Shown here piece after piece: positions 30,333-39,777 of a stretch of DNA of 64,000 bases. Origin of the DNA: an uncultured bacterium (GTDB taxonomy: Bacteria > Krumholzibacteriota > Krumholzibacteriia > JACNKJ01); contig CAVOFT010000001.1 of assembly GCA_963695095.1 (NCBI GenBank), positions 800,001 through 864,000 on the forward strand. Reading direction: 5' to 3'. Every line of letters starts with the position of its first letter. Within the stretch, counting starts at the first letter, position 1. Below the pieces are notes generated by a model that worked only from the letters and a program-made list of their open reading frames with translations, was not told the origin of the DNA and did no database searches. The position numbers were made by a program, and so were the translations under genes.

Positions 30333-30752
30333 CTACTCGCCGAAGCCGTAGGCGATGACGGGCTCGCTCGTATCGACGACGATCTCCACGACCGCCGACA
30401 GAGCGCTCTCGTTGTCGTTTTCGTCCACGGCCGTGACGCGGTAGTTCAAGGTAAGCAGGCCGAGCTCGTTCAGCGTATCCACGAAGCGAGCCTGGTTGCA
30501 GTCGGACGCCAGGGCGAGATCCCGCTCGTTGACGCCGCGGTAGACACGGTAGCTGGCCAGATCGACCTCGCTGTTCTCTCGCCAGGCCACGGTCACCTGG
30601 TCGCCCTTGACGCTGACGCTCAAGTTGACCGGCGCGGCGGGAGGAGTCAGGTCCTCGTCGGGGGCGCTGGTGGTGGAGGCGCTATCGCTGCAGCCGCTCG
30701 CGGTCAGAGCGAAGATCGCCGCCAGGGCCAGCAGCATCAGGATCCTGTGCAT
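30333..30752 (-). CDS. lipoprotein with a single FN3-like domain
   Basis: Lipobox ASGC; D.TPPAAP.NL..W..NSE.DLA.Y.VYR..Y.VTAVD...NES; SD AAAGGAG. Confidence 0.75.
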   Translation of the reverse strand: MHRILMLLALAAIFALTASGCSDSASTTSAPDEDLTPPAAPVNLSVSVKGDQVTVAWRENSEVDLASYRVYRGVNERDLALASDCNQARFVDTLNELGLLTLNYRVTAVDENDNESALSAVVEIVVDTSEPVIAYGFGE

Positions 30753-30882
30753 CGTTGCCACTCCTTTACATCCTTCCATGATGGGCGCGCAGAGGCGGTA
30801 ATTTGGAAAAGGGCTGCGAGGAAACGGGAGGTCGTGTCATTGGAAGCAGGTCAGGTTGTCCCCCGCAGCCGAGGCCGCGAGC

Positions 30883-30898
30883 AGCAAGGCACATACCA
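30883..30898 (-). promoter_or_regulatory. sigma54 (-24/-12) promoter for the FN3 lipoprotein gene
   Basis: Minus strand TGGTAT-GTGCC-TTGCT, with GG-N10-GC spacing. Confidence 0.6.
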
Positions 30899-31068
30899 GC
30901 CGGGTATCGGCCCGGCGATCGGCCATAATGCTTTCATTGACAGCGAGTTGTGTTGCCGCGCGGCGCTCCGGTAGACGGGGGGAGCTGCACGGCTCACCGT
31001 GCGATCTGCGAGGCAGGGGCCGCAGAGGGTGAGTCGGCGGCGCCGGCAGGGCCCGCGTGGGCTCGCCC

Positions 31069-31096
31069 TTGACAGGCCGCCGCCGGCTGTTCTAAT
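31069..31096 (+). promoter_or_regulatory. sigma70 promoter for the HU gene
   Basis: TTGACA-N16-TCTAAT with extended TG. Confidence 0.6.
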
Positions 31097-31151
31097 GTGG
31101 CTGAGGTCAATGACTTAAAGGCTGCTGCGGACAAGGTGGAAAGGAGCCCCG

Positions 31152-31475
31152 ATGACCAAGGCCCAGATCGTCGAGGAGATCGTCCAGAAAACCGGTCTCA
31201 CCAAGAAGGATGTCGCCGACTCGGTGGATCAGTTCCTTCAGGCCATCTCCGGTGCCTTGGCTGGAGGCAAGCACTTGGAGATCCGTGGCTTCGGGACCTT
31301 CAAGGTCAAGCGCCGCAAGTCGCGCATGGCGCGCAATCCGCGCACCGGGGAGCCGGTCCCCGTTCCGGAGCGCAACGTGCCGATCTTCAAGGTGAGCAAG
31401 GAGCTGAAGGATCTGGTGGCCGCCGCCAACCCCTCGGGTGCGCCCGCGGCTACCCACACCGAGAACCGCGACTAG
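31152..31475 (+). CDS. HU/IHF family DNA-binding protein
   Basis: MTKA..V, IRGFGTF and ARNPRTGE; SD AAGGAG. Confidence 0.93.
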   Translation: MTKAQIVEEIVQKTGLTKKDVADSVDQFLQAISGALAGGKHLEIRGFGTFKVKRRKSRMARNPRTGEPVPVPERNVPIFKVSKELKDLVAAANPSGAPAATHTENRD

Positions 31476-31496
31476 CGGCGCCGGCAGCGTCCGCAG

Positions 31497-31528
31497 CGGG
31501 AGGGACAGCGTTCCCTCCCGTTTCCTTT
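31497..31528 (+). terminator. intrinsic terminator after HU
   Basis: cgggaggga / tccctcccg stem followed by tttccttt. Confidence 0.75.
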
Positions 31529-31534
31529 GCGGCC

Positions 31535-32110
31535 CTAGTTGTCGAAGAGCAGGGAGAAGGTGAGCGCGCCGTCGAGGTGATGGGTCAGCGTCCGCTCGTG
31601 GAAGGGGGCGTCCTGGGCGTGATCCTGCAGGAAAGCGCCGGTCCAGCCCACATCCCCGCGCAGGTAGAGCGGGCCGGCCAGATTGCGCCGGAAACCCAGG
31701 CCCGCCTGCACGCTGGGATCGTTGTCATAGAGCTCGGCGCTGTGCCGGTTGAAGCTGCCCACGCCGGCCGAGCCGAAGAAGAAGATGCCGCGACTCAGCC
31801 ACAGATCGCGCGTGAGGTTGAGCTGCACGCGCTCGACGTAGTCGTCCTCCGTGAAGGCCAGGCCCGGAAAATCCGCTCGGCTCGTCGTGCGCGAGTAGTG
31901 GAACTGGAAGCCCAGCGCTGCGATCGTGCGCAGATCGAGGCGAACGCCCAGGGCGAGATTGCTCATGTAGTTGCTCATGTCCCCATCATAGAGGAGGTAG
32001 CCCACGTAGGGCGTCACCTCGAGACTGGGGTACTCCTGGAAAGCGAGCCCCGGTGTCGCCGCAAGGGCGATCAGCACGAGTGCACACAGGGATGCGGCGA
32101 GGCTTCTCAT
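31535..32110 (-). CDS. outer-membrane beta-barrel protein (OmpA-like TM domain)
   Basis: Signal peptide, 'EVTPYVGY', alternating aromatic/Gly strands, near-terminal Phe. Confidence 0.65.
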   Translation of the reverse strand: MRSLAASLCALVLIALAATPGLAFQEYPSLEVTPYVGYLLYDGDMSNYMSNLALGVRLDLRTIAALGFQFHYSRTTSRADFPGLAFTEDDYVERVQLNLTRDLWLSRGIFFFGSAGVGSFNRHSAELYDNDPSVQAGLGFRRNLAGPLYLRGDVGWTGAFLQDHAQDAPFHERTLTHHLDGALTFSLLFDN

Positions 32111-32329
32111 GGCGCTCCTTGCGGCTGAATGCGTCTCCGTGGGGCGGGGGCGGGACGACCCGCAGGGAGAGTACAGAAGCACCGCCTCGAAATCAAGCCT
32201 GGGCCGCCCTAAACCAAAGCCTTGCGTCACCTTGCGACCTCAGCCCGCTTGGCGTAGACTGGCCGGGCGCCGGGATCCGCTGCCGGCCGCCCGCCGGCGG
32301 TCTGGTGTCGCCGAGCGCAGGGAGGACGC

Positions 32330-33247
32330 GTGAAGATCCGCCTGGGCCTGGCCCAGATCGAACCGGCGCTGGGCCTGCCCGCACGGAACCTGGAGTTGCA
32401 CCTGGCGGCGATCGACGAGGCCCGCGCCCGCGGCCTCGATCTGCTGCTCTTCCCGGAGCTCAGCCTCACCGGCTACCTGCTCAAGGATCTCGTGCCCGAG
32501 ATCGCGCGGCCCTGGCCCGATCCCTTCTTCGCGCCGCTGCTGGAGGCCTCTCGGCATCTCGACCTCGCCTTCGGCTTCGTCGAGCGCGGCGAGGATCTGC
32601 TCAACTACAATTGCCTGGCCTACCTGGCCGACGGGCGCCTCGTCCACAAGCACCGCAAGGCCTATCTGCCCACCTACGGCATGTTCGACGAGCAGCGCTA
32701 CTTCGCAGCCGGTGCGACCCTCGAGGCCTTTCCGACGCGCTTCGGGCGCCTGGCCATGCTCATCTGCGAGGACCTCTGGCATCCCTCGCTGCCCTATCTC
32801 GCCTTCATCGACGGCGCCCTCGGCCTCCTCGTCGCCAGCGCGAGTCCGCAGCGCGGACTCGAGGGCTCCGCGGCCGGTGGCCAGCCGGCCAATGTCGCCT
32901 TCTGGGGCGGCTTGCTCAGCCATCACGCGCGGCAGTACGCGGGCTTCGTCGCCTTCTGCAACCGCTGCGGCGTCGAGGACGGCAGCAGCTACTGGGGCGG
33001 CAGCCGGCTCGTCGGCGCCGATGGCGAGGCGATTGCCGCCGGGCCCCTGCACGAGCCGGCGCTGGTGGCCGGCGAGGTCGATCTCGCCGAGCTGGCGCGA
33101 CGCCGGCGGGGCTTCTCCCTGCTGCGCGACGAGCGGCCCGAGCTGGTCTACCGCGCCCTGGAGCGCATCCTCCGCCGCCGCGCGGGCGGCGGCGAGGAGA
33201 GCGCCGCCGGTGAGGAGAGCGCCGCCGGCGAGGCCGGGTCGCCATGA
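32330..33247 (+). CDS. carbon-nitrogen hydrolase (probable glutaminase partner of NadE)
   Basis: E-K-C triad ([29 protein letters not shown]); ATGA-coupled to nadE. Confidence 0.85.
   Translation: MKIRLGLAQIEPALGLPARNLELHLAAIDEARARGLDLLLFPELSLTGYLLKDLVPEIARPWPDPFFAPLLEASRHLDLAFGFVERGEDLLNYNCLAYLADGRLVHKHRKAYLPTYGMFDEQRYFAAGATLEAFPTRFGRLAMLICEDLWHPSLPYLAFIDGALGLLVASASPQRGLEGSAAGGQPANVAFWGGLLSHHARQYAGFVAFCNRCGVEDGSSYWGGSRLVGADGEAIAAGPLHEPALVAGEVDLAELARRRRGFSLLRDERPELVYRALERILRRRAGGGEESAAGEESAAGEAGSP
33191..33232 (+). repeat. 18-bp in-frame tandem repeat (GEESAA x2)
   Basis: ggcgaggagagcgccgcc, ggtgaggagagcgccgcc, then partial ggcgag. Confidence 0.8.
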
Positions 33248-34083
33248 GCGTCCCCTTGCCGGACCTGGCCGCCATCGACTACGCCTTGCTGCGCAAGATC
33301 CTGGTGCAGTTCATCCGCAGCGAAGTGCGGCGCACGGGTCTCACGCGCGGCGTGCTGGGCCTTTCCGGCGGCCTGGACTCGAGTCTCGTCGCCGCGCTGG
33401 CCGCCGAGGCCCTCGGCCCCGAACAGGTGCTGGGCCTGGCCATGCCCTATCGCACGAGCAGCCCCGAGAGCCTGGCCCATGCGCGCCTGATGGTGGAGCA
33501 CACGGGCATCCGCCTGGCCGTGGTCGAGATCACGCCCATGGTCGACGCCTACTTCGCGGCCGAACCGGAGGCCGGCAGCCTGCGCCGCGGCAACAAGATG
33601 GCCCGCGAGCGCATGAGCATCCTCTACGATCGCTCGGCCGTCGAAGGCGCGCTGGTGCTGGGCACCAGCAACAAGAGCGAGATCTTCCTCGGCTACGGCA
33701 CGGCCTACGGCGACCTGGCCAGCGCGATCAATCCCATCGGTGATCTCTTCAAGACCCAGGTGCGGGGCCTGAGCCGATTCCTCGGCCTGCCGGCGGCCAT
33801 CGTCGACAAGGCGCCGAGCGCGGACCTCTGGGCGGGCCAGAGCGACGAGGCTGAGCTGGGCTTCAGCTACGAGGCCGTCGATCCGCTGCTCTACCTGATG
33901 CTCGACGAGCGCCTGGAGCGCGAGGCGCTGCTGGCGCGGGGCTGGGAGCCGGCCTTCGTGGACCGCATCACCGAGATGATCCGCCGCTCCCAGTTCAAGC
34001 GGCGCCTGCCCGTGATCGCCAAGGTCTCTCGACGCACGGCGGATCGCGACTTCCTCTACCCGCGCGACTGGGGAAGCGGATGA
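33244..34083 (+). CDS. nadE: NAD+ synthetase
   Basis: [32 protein letters not shown] and [15 protein letters not shown]. Confidence 0.93.
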   Translation: MSVPLPDLAAIDYALLRKILVQFIRSEVRRTGLTRGVLGLSGGLDSSLVAALAAEALGPEQVLGLAMPYRTSSPESLAHARLMVEHTGIRLAVVEITPMVDAYFAAEPEAGSLRRGNKMARERMSILYDRSAVEGALVLGTSNKSEIFLGYGTAYGDLASAINPIGDLFKTQVRGLSRFLGLPAAIVDKAPSADLWAGQSDEAELGFSYEAVDPLLYLMLDERLEREALLARGWEPAFVDRITEMIRRSQFKRRLPVIAKVSRRTADRDFLYPRDWGSG

Positions 34084-34823
34084 GCGAGCCGCAGCCGCCG
34101 GTGCCCGCGCCCGCTGGCGGGGCGCCTGGGCGCCTCATCCTGGTGCCGACCCCCGTGGGCAACCGGGAGGACCTCTCGCCGCGCGCCTTGCGCGTGCTGG
34201 CCGAGGCGGATCTCGTCGCGGCCGAGGACACGCGGCACACGGGGCAGCTCCTGGCGGGCTTCGGCCTGAAGCCGCGCTACCTCGCCTTTCACGAGCACAA
34301 CGAGGAGAAGCAGCTGCCCAGGCTGCTGGCGGCCCTCGCGGCGGGCCAGCGGGTAGCGCTGGTCAGCGATGCCGGTACGCCGGGACTCTGCGATCCGGGC
34401 TTCCGCGCCGTGCGTGCCGCCCTGGCCGCCGGCCATACCGTGGAGGCGCTGCCGGGCCCGACGGCGCTCATTCCGGCCCTCGTGGCGAGCGGACTGCCCT
34501 GCGAGCGCTTCGTCTTCGAAGGCTACCTGCCGAGGAAGCCCGGCGCGCGCCGGGCGGCTCTGGCCGCCCTGGCCGCGGAGACGCGCAGCACGGTCTTCTA
34601 CGAATCGCCGCACCGGCTCGCCCGCAGTCTCGCCGAGCTGGCAGCCCTGCTGCCGGAGCGACCCGTCGTCGTCGCGCGCGAGCTGAGCAAGCTGCACGAG
34701 GAGTACTGGCGCGGCACGGCTGCGGAGCTGGCGGCGGCTCTCGAGGACAGGCCGCTGCGCGGCGAGTTCGTGCTCATCGTCGGGGGCGCGGCCGCCGCCT
34801 TGCCCCCCCGGCGCCTGCCTTGA
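34080..34823 (+). CDS. rsmI: 16S rRNA C1402 2'-O-methyltransferase
   Basis: TPVGN.EDLS.RA, AEDTR, SDAGTP..CDPG, YESPHR and RELSKLHEE. Confidence 0.93.
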   Translation: MSEPQPPVPAPAGGAPGRLILVPTPVGNREDLSPRALRVLAEADLVAAEDTRHTGQLLAGFGLKPRYLAFHEHNEEKQLPRLLAALAAGQRVALVSDAGTPGLCDPGFRAVRAALAAGHTVEALPGPTALIPALVASGLPCERFVFEGYLPRKPGARRAALAALAAETRSTVFYESPHRLARSLAELAALLPERPVVVARELSKLHEEYWRGTAAELAAALEDRPLRGEFVLIVGGAAAALPPRRLP

Positions 34824-34848
34824 CAGGGGCGCGGGGCCATGATAGCGT
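34820..34848 (+). promoter_or_regulatory. sigma70 promoter for the phosphatidyltransferase-tmk genes
   Basis: TTGACA-N17-TAGCGT with extended TG. Confidence 0.55.
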
Positions 34849-34882
34849 TGCCGGGTTGTAAGCCCATACGAATTGAGGAGTT

Positions 34883-35531
34883 ATGACGCCCGATAAGGCA
34901 TCGGCCCAGCGCGTCGTCCGGCGCATCCTCGATCCGGTGGCCGCGGGCGGCCTGCGCCTGGGCCTGAGCCCGGATGCTCTGACCCTCATCGGCCTCACGC
35001 TGTCCATCGCCGCCGGCCTGGCGGTGGCGACGGGCCGGCTCTACCCGGCCACCCTGCTGCTCTTCCTGGGCGCCCTCTGCGACATTCTCGACGGCAGCAT
35101 GGCGCGGCGGGCGGGCCGCTCGAGCCGCCGTGGCGCCTTTCTCGATTCGACCCTGGATCGCCTGGCCGAGATCGCCGTCTTCATCGGGCTCGTCGTCCAC
35201 TTCCGCGAACAGCCCTTCGTGCAGGTACTCACGCGTCCTGGCACTCACCGGATCCCTGATGACCAGCTATGCGCGGGCCCGCGCCGAGGGCCTGGGTGTC
35301 GACTGCAAGGTGGGCCTGCTCGAGAGGCCCGAGCGCCTGGCCCTGCTCATCCTCGGTTTGCTGCTGGCGCCGCTCCGTCTGGGCGGCCTGGGCCTGCTCG
35401 AATGGGTGATCGCCCTGCTCGCGCTGCTCACCTACGTCACGACCCTGCAGCGCATCCTGCACGTGCTGGGGCGCACGGCGGCGCTGGACGCCACGCCCGC
35501 CCGCTCGGACTCCGCTCGCTCTCCCCGCTAA
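34883..35531 (+). CDS. CDP-alcohol phosphatidyltransferase (frameshift ~35233)
   Basis: DILDG.MAR....[13 protein letters not shown]; continues as [21 protein letters not shown] in another frame. Confidence 0.85.
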
Positions 35532-35541
35532 GAGGAAGGCC

Positions 35542-36213
35542 ATGGCGCGGAATTTGCCAAAACGCATTGCCGGTGGACTGTTCATCAGCCTGGAGGGAGG
35601 CGAGGGCAGCGGCAAGAGCACCCTGCTCGGACAGATCCGGGAATTCCTGGAACAGGAAGGCTACGACGTCCTTATCACGCGCGAACCGGGCGGACCGCCC
35701 ATCGCCGAGGCCGTGCGCGGCATCCTGCTCGATCCGGACAACCGGGCCATGGATCCGCTCACGGAGCTCTTCCTCTACCTGGCGTCGCGCCGGCAGAACC
35801 TGGTGGAGCGAATCCTGCCCCAGCTGGCCGCCGGCGGCGTGGTTGTCAGTGATCGCTTTGCGGACGCCAGTGTCGCTTATCAAGGCGGCGGCCGCGAACT
35901 GGGCCTGCCGCGGGTGGAGCGGCTGAACCGGGAAGCCATCGGCGACTGCGAGCCGCAGTTGACCTTCTTCCTGGACCTCGATCCCGCGCAGGGACTGGCG
36001 CGCGGGCCCGGGGTGACGGCCACCGACGCCAGTGGGGGCGACCGCATCGAGCGCGAGTCCCTGGCCTTTCACGAGCGCGTGCGCGCGGCCTACCTCGATC
36101 TGGCCGCGCGGCACCCCGAGCGCGTGGAGCTGCTCGACGCCGGCGCGCCGCCGGACGTCGTCGCCGCCGCCGCTCTCGCCATCCTGCGGCGCCGGCTGGC
36201 CGCAGCGGACTGA
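35542..36213 (+). CDS. tmk: thymidylate kinase
   Basis: EGGEGSGKST, TREPGG, DRF..S.AYQG.GR and DRIE. Confidence 0.93.
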   Translation: MARNLPKRIAGGLFISLEGGEGSGKSTLLGQIREFLEQEGYDVLITREPGGPPIAEAVRGILLDPDNRAMDPLTELFLYLASRRQNLVERILPQLAAGGVVVSDRFADASVAYQGGGRELGLPRVERLNREAIGDCEPQLTFFLDLDPAQGLARGPGVTATDASGGDRIERESLAFHERVRAAYLDLAARHPERVELLDAGAPPDVVAAAALAILRRRLAAAD

Positions 36214-36291
36214 AACGCAGCGGCGCTTTGCCCTTGCCCCGCCGAGGGCTTATTTTGCAGGAGCTTCCCCATAGCCCCACAGGGAGATACC

Positions 36292-37938
36292 GTGCGCCTC
36301 CACACCAAGAGAATCCTCATCATCGCGCTGGTCGCGGGCGTCAGCTTCGCGGCGGGCCTGCTCACCACCGGCGCTGCCGCCAACAATCGCGCGGAGACCC
36401 TGCGCAATCTCGAACGCTTCAGCCGCGTCTACCAGAAGATCATCGAGAGCTATGTGGAGGAAGAGGACAGCAAGGCGCTGGTGGACGCCGCCATCGAGGC
36501 GATGATCGACAAGCTCGATCCCTTCAGCGCCTACATGGACCAGGCGATGCTGGAGGACTTGCTCGTCAAGACGAAGGGCGAGTTCGGCGGCCTGGGCATC
36601 ATCATCAGCGTGCGCGACGAGTTCCCGACCGTGGTCAGTCCCATCGAGGACACGCCGGCGGCGCGGCTGGGCATTCGCGGCGGCGACAAGATCGTCGAGA
36701 TCGAGGGCGAGAGCACGCGGGGCTGGAACGTGCAGGACGCCGTTGACAAGCTGCGCGGGCCCGAGGGCACGGTGGTCAACATCGGCGTCCAGCGCTTCGG
36801 CAGCGACGAGGTGCTGCCCTATCACATCACGCGGGCGATCATCCCCGTCGAGAGCGTGCCCTACCATTTCGTACTCGCTGACGACATCGGCTACGTGCGC
36901 TGCACGAACTTCGGCGAGCGCACCGCCGAGGAGCTGCGCGCAGCCATCCTCGATCTCGAGCGGCAGGGCGTCAAGGGGCTCATCCTCGATCTGCGCAACA
37001 ACCCGGGCGGGCTGCTCGAGAGCGCGAAGGATGTCAGCGATCTCTTCCTCGATGCCGGGCAGATCATCGTCAGCACGCGCGGCCGTGACGGGCGCCGGCT
37101 CCAGGAGATCTACGCCAGGGGCGGCGAGCGCTTCGCGCAAGACTACCCCTTGGTCGTGATGATCAACGAGTACTCGGCCTCCGCCAGCGAGATCGTCGCC
37201 GGCGCCGTGCAGGACTGGGATCGCGGCCTCGTGGTGGGGCGCAGCTCCTATGGCAAGGGCAGCGTGCAGAGCATCTTCTCGATCTCGGAGATGGAGGCGC
37301 TCAAGCTGACCACCGCCAAGTACTACACGCCCAGCGGCCGCTGCATCCACAAGGACGAGAACAACGAGCGGCCCGACTTCGACACCAACGGCGACGGCAT
37401 CGTCACCGAGGCCGAGGTGGAGGCGATGGAGGCGGCCGAGCTGGCCACCGCGCCGGAGTCTCCCGTGGACAGCGAGCTGCCGCTCTACGCCACCCTCAAG
37501 CTGCAGCGGCCCGTGCGCGGCGGCGGCGGCATCATGCCGGACATCGTGCTGGCGGCCGACGAAATCACGGATGTGGCCCTTGACCTCGAAAGACGCTCTG
37601 CGTTCTTTAATTTTGCCGTGGAGCTGCTGGCCGAGCACCCGGTGGATCACGACTTCCAGGTGAGCGCCGCGTTGCTGGCCCGCTTCCGCGGCTGGCTGAG
37701 CGCGAAGGAGATCGCGGTCGAGGATCAGGCCTACACGGACAACGAGGACTACATCCGCATGGCCCTGCGGCGGGAAGTCCTCTACAAGCAGTTCGGCAGC
37801 GCAGAAGCCTACCGCTCGACGCTGGGCATGGACCGCGTGCTCCAGGAAACGCTCAGCCTGCTCAAGGGCCAGCGCGACCTGGACACTCTCCTCGCGCGCA
37901 GCGGCGAGACCGGCGGCGCCACCGCAACCCGGCAGTAG
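36292..37938 (+). CDS. ctpA: carboxyl-terminal processing protease (S41A, PDZ)
   Basis: LDPFS.Y, FGGLGI, DLRNNPGG, SASASEI, GKGSVQ and YYTPSGR.I. Confidence 0.9.
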   Translation: MRLHTKRILIIALVAGVSFAAGLLTTGAAANNRAETLRNLERFSRVYQKIIESYVEEEDSKALVDAAIEAMIDKLDPFSAYMDQAMLEDLLVKTKGEFGGLGIIISVRDEFPTVVSPIEDTPAARLGIRGGDKIVEIEGESTRGWNVQDAVDKLRGPEGTVVNIGVQRFGSDEVLPYHITRAIIPVESVPYHFVLADDIGYVRCTNFGERTAEELRAAILDLERQGVKGLILDLRNNPGGLLESAKDVSDLFLDAGQIIVSTRGRDGRRLQEIYARGGERFAQDYPLVVMINEYSASASEIVAGAVQDWDRGLVVGRSSYGKGSVQSIFSISEMEALKLTTAKYYTPSGRCIHKDENNERPDFDTNGDGIVTEAEVEAMEAAELATAPESPVDSELPLYATLKLQRPVRGGGGIMPDIVLAADEITDVALDLERRSAFFNFAVELLAEHPVDHDFQVSAALLARFRGWLSAKEIAVEDQAYTDNEDYIRMALRREVLYKQFGSAEAYRSTLGMDRVLQETLSLLKGQRDLDTLLARSGETGGATATRQ

Positions 37939-37973
37939 ACCGCGCCCTCCGGGCGCGGGGCCCGGACGGGAGC

Positions 37974-38687
37974 ATGTACAAAGCAACGCTCATCTGCGAC
38001 GCCGACACCGGCGTGCTCGCAGTCCGGGAAGACGATCACCCCGCCAACGCGCTGGCCGAGCGCGCTTGGCGGGAGTGGCGCGAAAAAGGCTGCAGCTCGG
38101 CCGCCTTCGCCAGCCTCGACATGGACGCGGTGGACGACTACATCCGCACCCAGTCGGTCGAGCCCTACTTCTCCGACTTCCACGACTTCGTCTACGAGCA
38201 GCAGATCCTCTTCGGCGTCGTCACCCAGCGCATGGGCCGCATCGTGGAGACCATCCTGCGCCGGCAAGGCCTGGAGCGCATTCCGGTCTTCGCGAACCAG
38301 ATCGACGTGGAGCCCTTCACCATCCGCCTGCGCTTCCCCTACTTCAACGTGATGGGCTGCCAGGATTGCCCGAGCTGCAATCTCCACCACCTGAAGCGCT
38401 TCCGGCGGCCAGGCGTGCCGCTGATCTTCGTGGGCGAGAAGGGGCAGGACGTCTGCGCCGCCGCGGCCGCCGACCTCGTCTTCGCGCGCGGCGAGCTGCG
38501 CAAGCGCTGCGAGGGGGCGGGCCTCGCGCATCACGCGATCCACAACCTGCGCGACGTCGAGCGCATTCTCGAGCGCCTGATCATGACCGGCGCCCTGGAG
38601 CGCCTGCCGCGCAAGGAAGGCGTGGAGGTCAAGCCGTGGCGATCCGCGGCAGGTGACTGCCAAGACGCGCCAGAATCTCGTAGTTGA
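37974..38687 (+). CDS. MtnX-like HAD-fold protein with degenerate catalytic motifs
   Basis: Layout resembles HAD-IB/MtnX (PVFAN, Cys cluster, 'D.CAA..ADLVFAR..L...C'), but motif I reads DADTG and motif IV reads GEKGQD. Confidence 0.55.
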   Translation: MYKATLICDADTGVLAVREDDHPANALAERAWREWREKGCSSAAFASLDMDAVDDYIRTQSVEPYFSDFHDFVYEQQILFGVVTQRMGRIVETILRRQGLERIPVFANQIDVEPFTIRLRFPYFNVMGCQDCPSCNLHHLKRFRRPGVPLIFVGEKGQDVCAAAAADLVFARGELRKRCEGAGLAHHAIHNLRDVERILERLIMTGALERLPRKEGVEVKPWRSAAGDCQDAPESRS

Positions 38688-39777
38688 TCGTGCCGGCCGC
38701 CTCGGCCAGCAGCTCCGCGCTCACCCGCTCGTCCCCCTGCGATCCGATCAGCACCGCCTCGTCGCCCCGCGCCGCCTCCGGGTTGTGCGTGAGATCGATC
38801 AGCGTGAGGTTCATCATCACGCGTCCGCGCACCGGCGCCCGGCGCCCGCGCACCAGGGCGTGCGCGCCGCCCAGGCTGCGATCGTAGCCGTCGAAGTAGC
38901 CGATGGGCAGCACGCCCAGCCGCGTCGCCGTCTCCGCCCGCCAGCTGCAGCCGTAGCCGACGTAGGCGCCGGCGGCCACCGGCTTGACCTGGATGATGCG
39001 CGCCTTCCAGCTCAGCACCGGCTGCAGGTCCAGGCGATTGCGCCCCGCGGCCTGGGCGCTGACGCGGGTCTCGCGGCTCGGCCAGTGGCCGTAGAGGCTG
39101 ATGCCCACGCGCAGCAGGTCGTGGTGGGTCTCGGGAAAGAGGATGGCCGCCGCCGAGCAGGAGGCGTGGGTCAGGCGCGGCGTCACCCCGAGCTCGGCCA
39201 GGCGCGTGCGCATGGCGGCGAAGCGCTCCATCTGCGCGCGGGCATAGCTGTGGTCCGTGGTGTCCTCGATGTTGGCGAAGTGCGAGTGCAGGCCCTCCAC
39301 GACGAGGCGCGGGCTGGCCGCGAGCGCGGCGGCGAGCGCCTCCAGCTCCTCGGCGCGGAAGCCCTGCCGGTTGACGCCGGTCTCGAGCTTGAGGTGCACG
39401 GGCAGGTCGGCGCCCGCCGCCGCGGCGGCACCGGCGGCCTCGGCGAGCCCCTCCAGGTCGATGAGCGTGAGGCGGGCGCCGGCAGCGGCCAGGGCGCCGA
39501 TCTGCTCGGCGGGAACGGCGGAGAGCACGAGGAGCTTCGGCTCGCGCAGGGCGGGCAGCGCGGCGAGGGCGAGGGCCTCCTCGGCGGCGTGGACGCCGAA
39601 CCACTGCTGACCGGCCTCGGCGAGCAGGCGCCCGACCAGCTCGAGGCCGTGGCCGTAGGCGTTGGCCTTGAGCACGGGCAGCAGCACGCGCCCCGGCCCC
39701 GCCTGCGCGCGGAAGAGCGCCCAGTTGGCCAGCAGCGCGGAGCGCGAGACCTCGATCCAGCTCAGGGGGCCCCTCAC
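38629..39777 (-). CDS. alr: alanine racemase
   Basis: VLKANAYGHG, HLK.ETG.NR.G, SHFA, R.GI.LYG, VGYG, GY.DG and TINYE. Confidence 0.93.
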   Translation of the reverse strand: MRGPLSWIEVSRSALLANWALFRAQAGPGRVLLPVLKANAYGHGLELVGRLLAEAGQQWFGVHAAEEALALAALPALREPKLLVLSAVPAEQIGALAAAGARLTLIDLEGLAEAAGAAAAAGADLPVHLKLETGVNRQGFRAEELEALAAALAASPRLVVEGLHSHFANIEDTTDHSYARAQMERFAAMRTRLAELGVTPRLTHASCSAAAILFPETHHDLLRVGISLYGHWPSRETRVSAQAAGRNRLDLQPVLSWKARIIQVKPVAAGAYVGYGCSWRAETATRLGVLPIGYFDGYDRSLGGAHALVRGRRAPVRGRVMMNLTLIDLTHNPEAARGDEAVLIGSQGDERVSAELLAEAAGTINYEILARLGSHLPRIATA

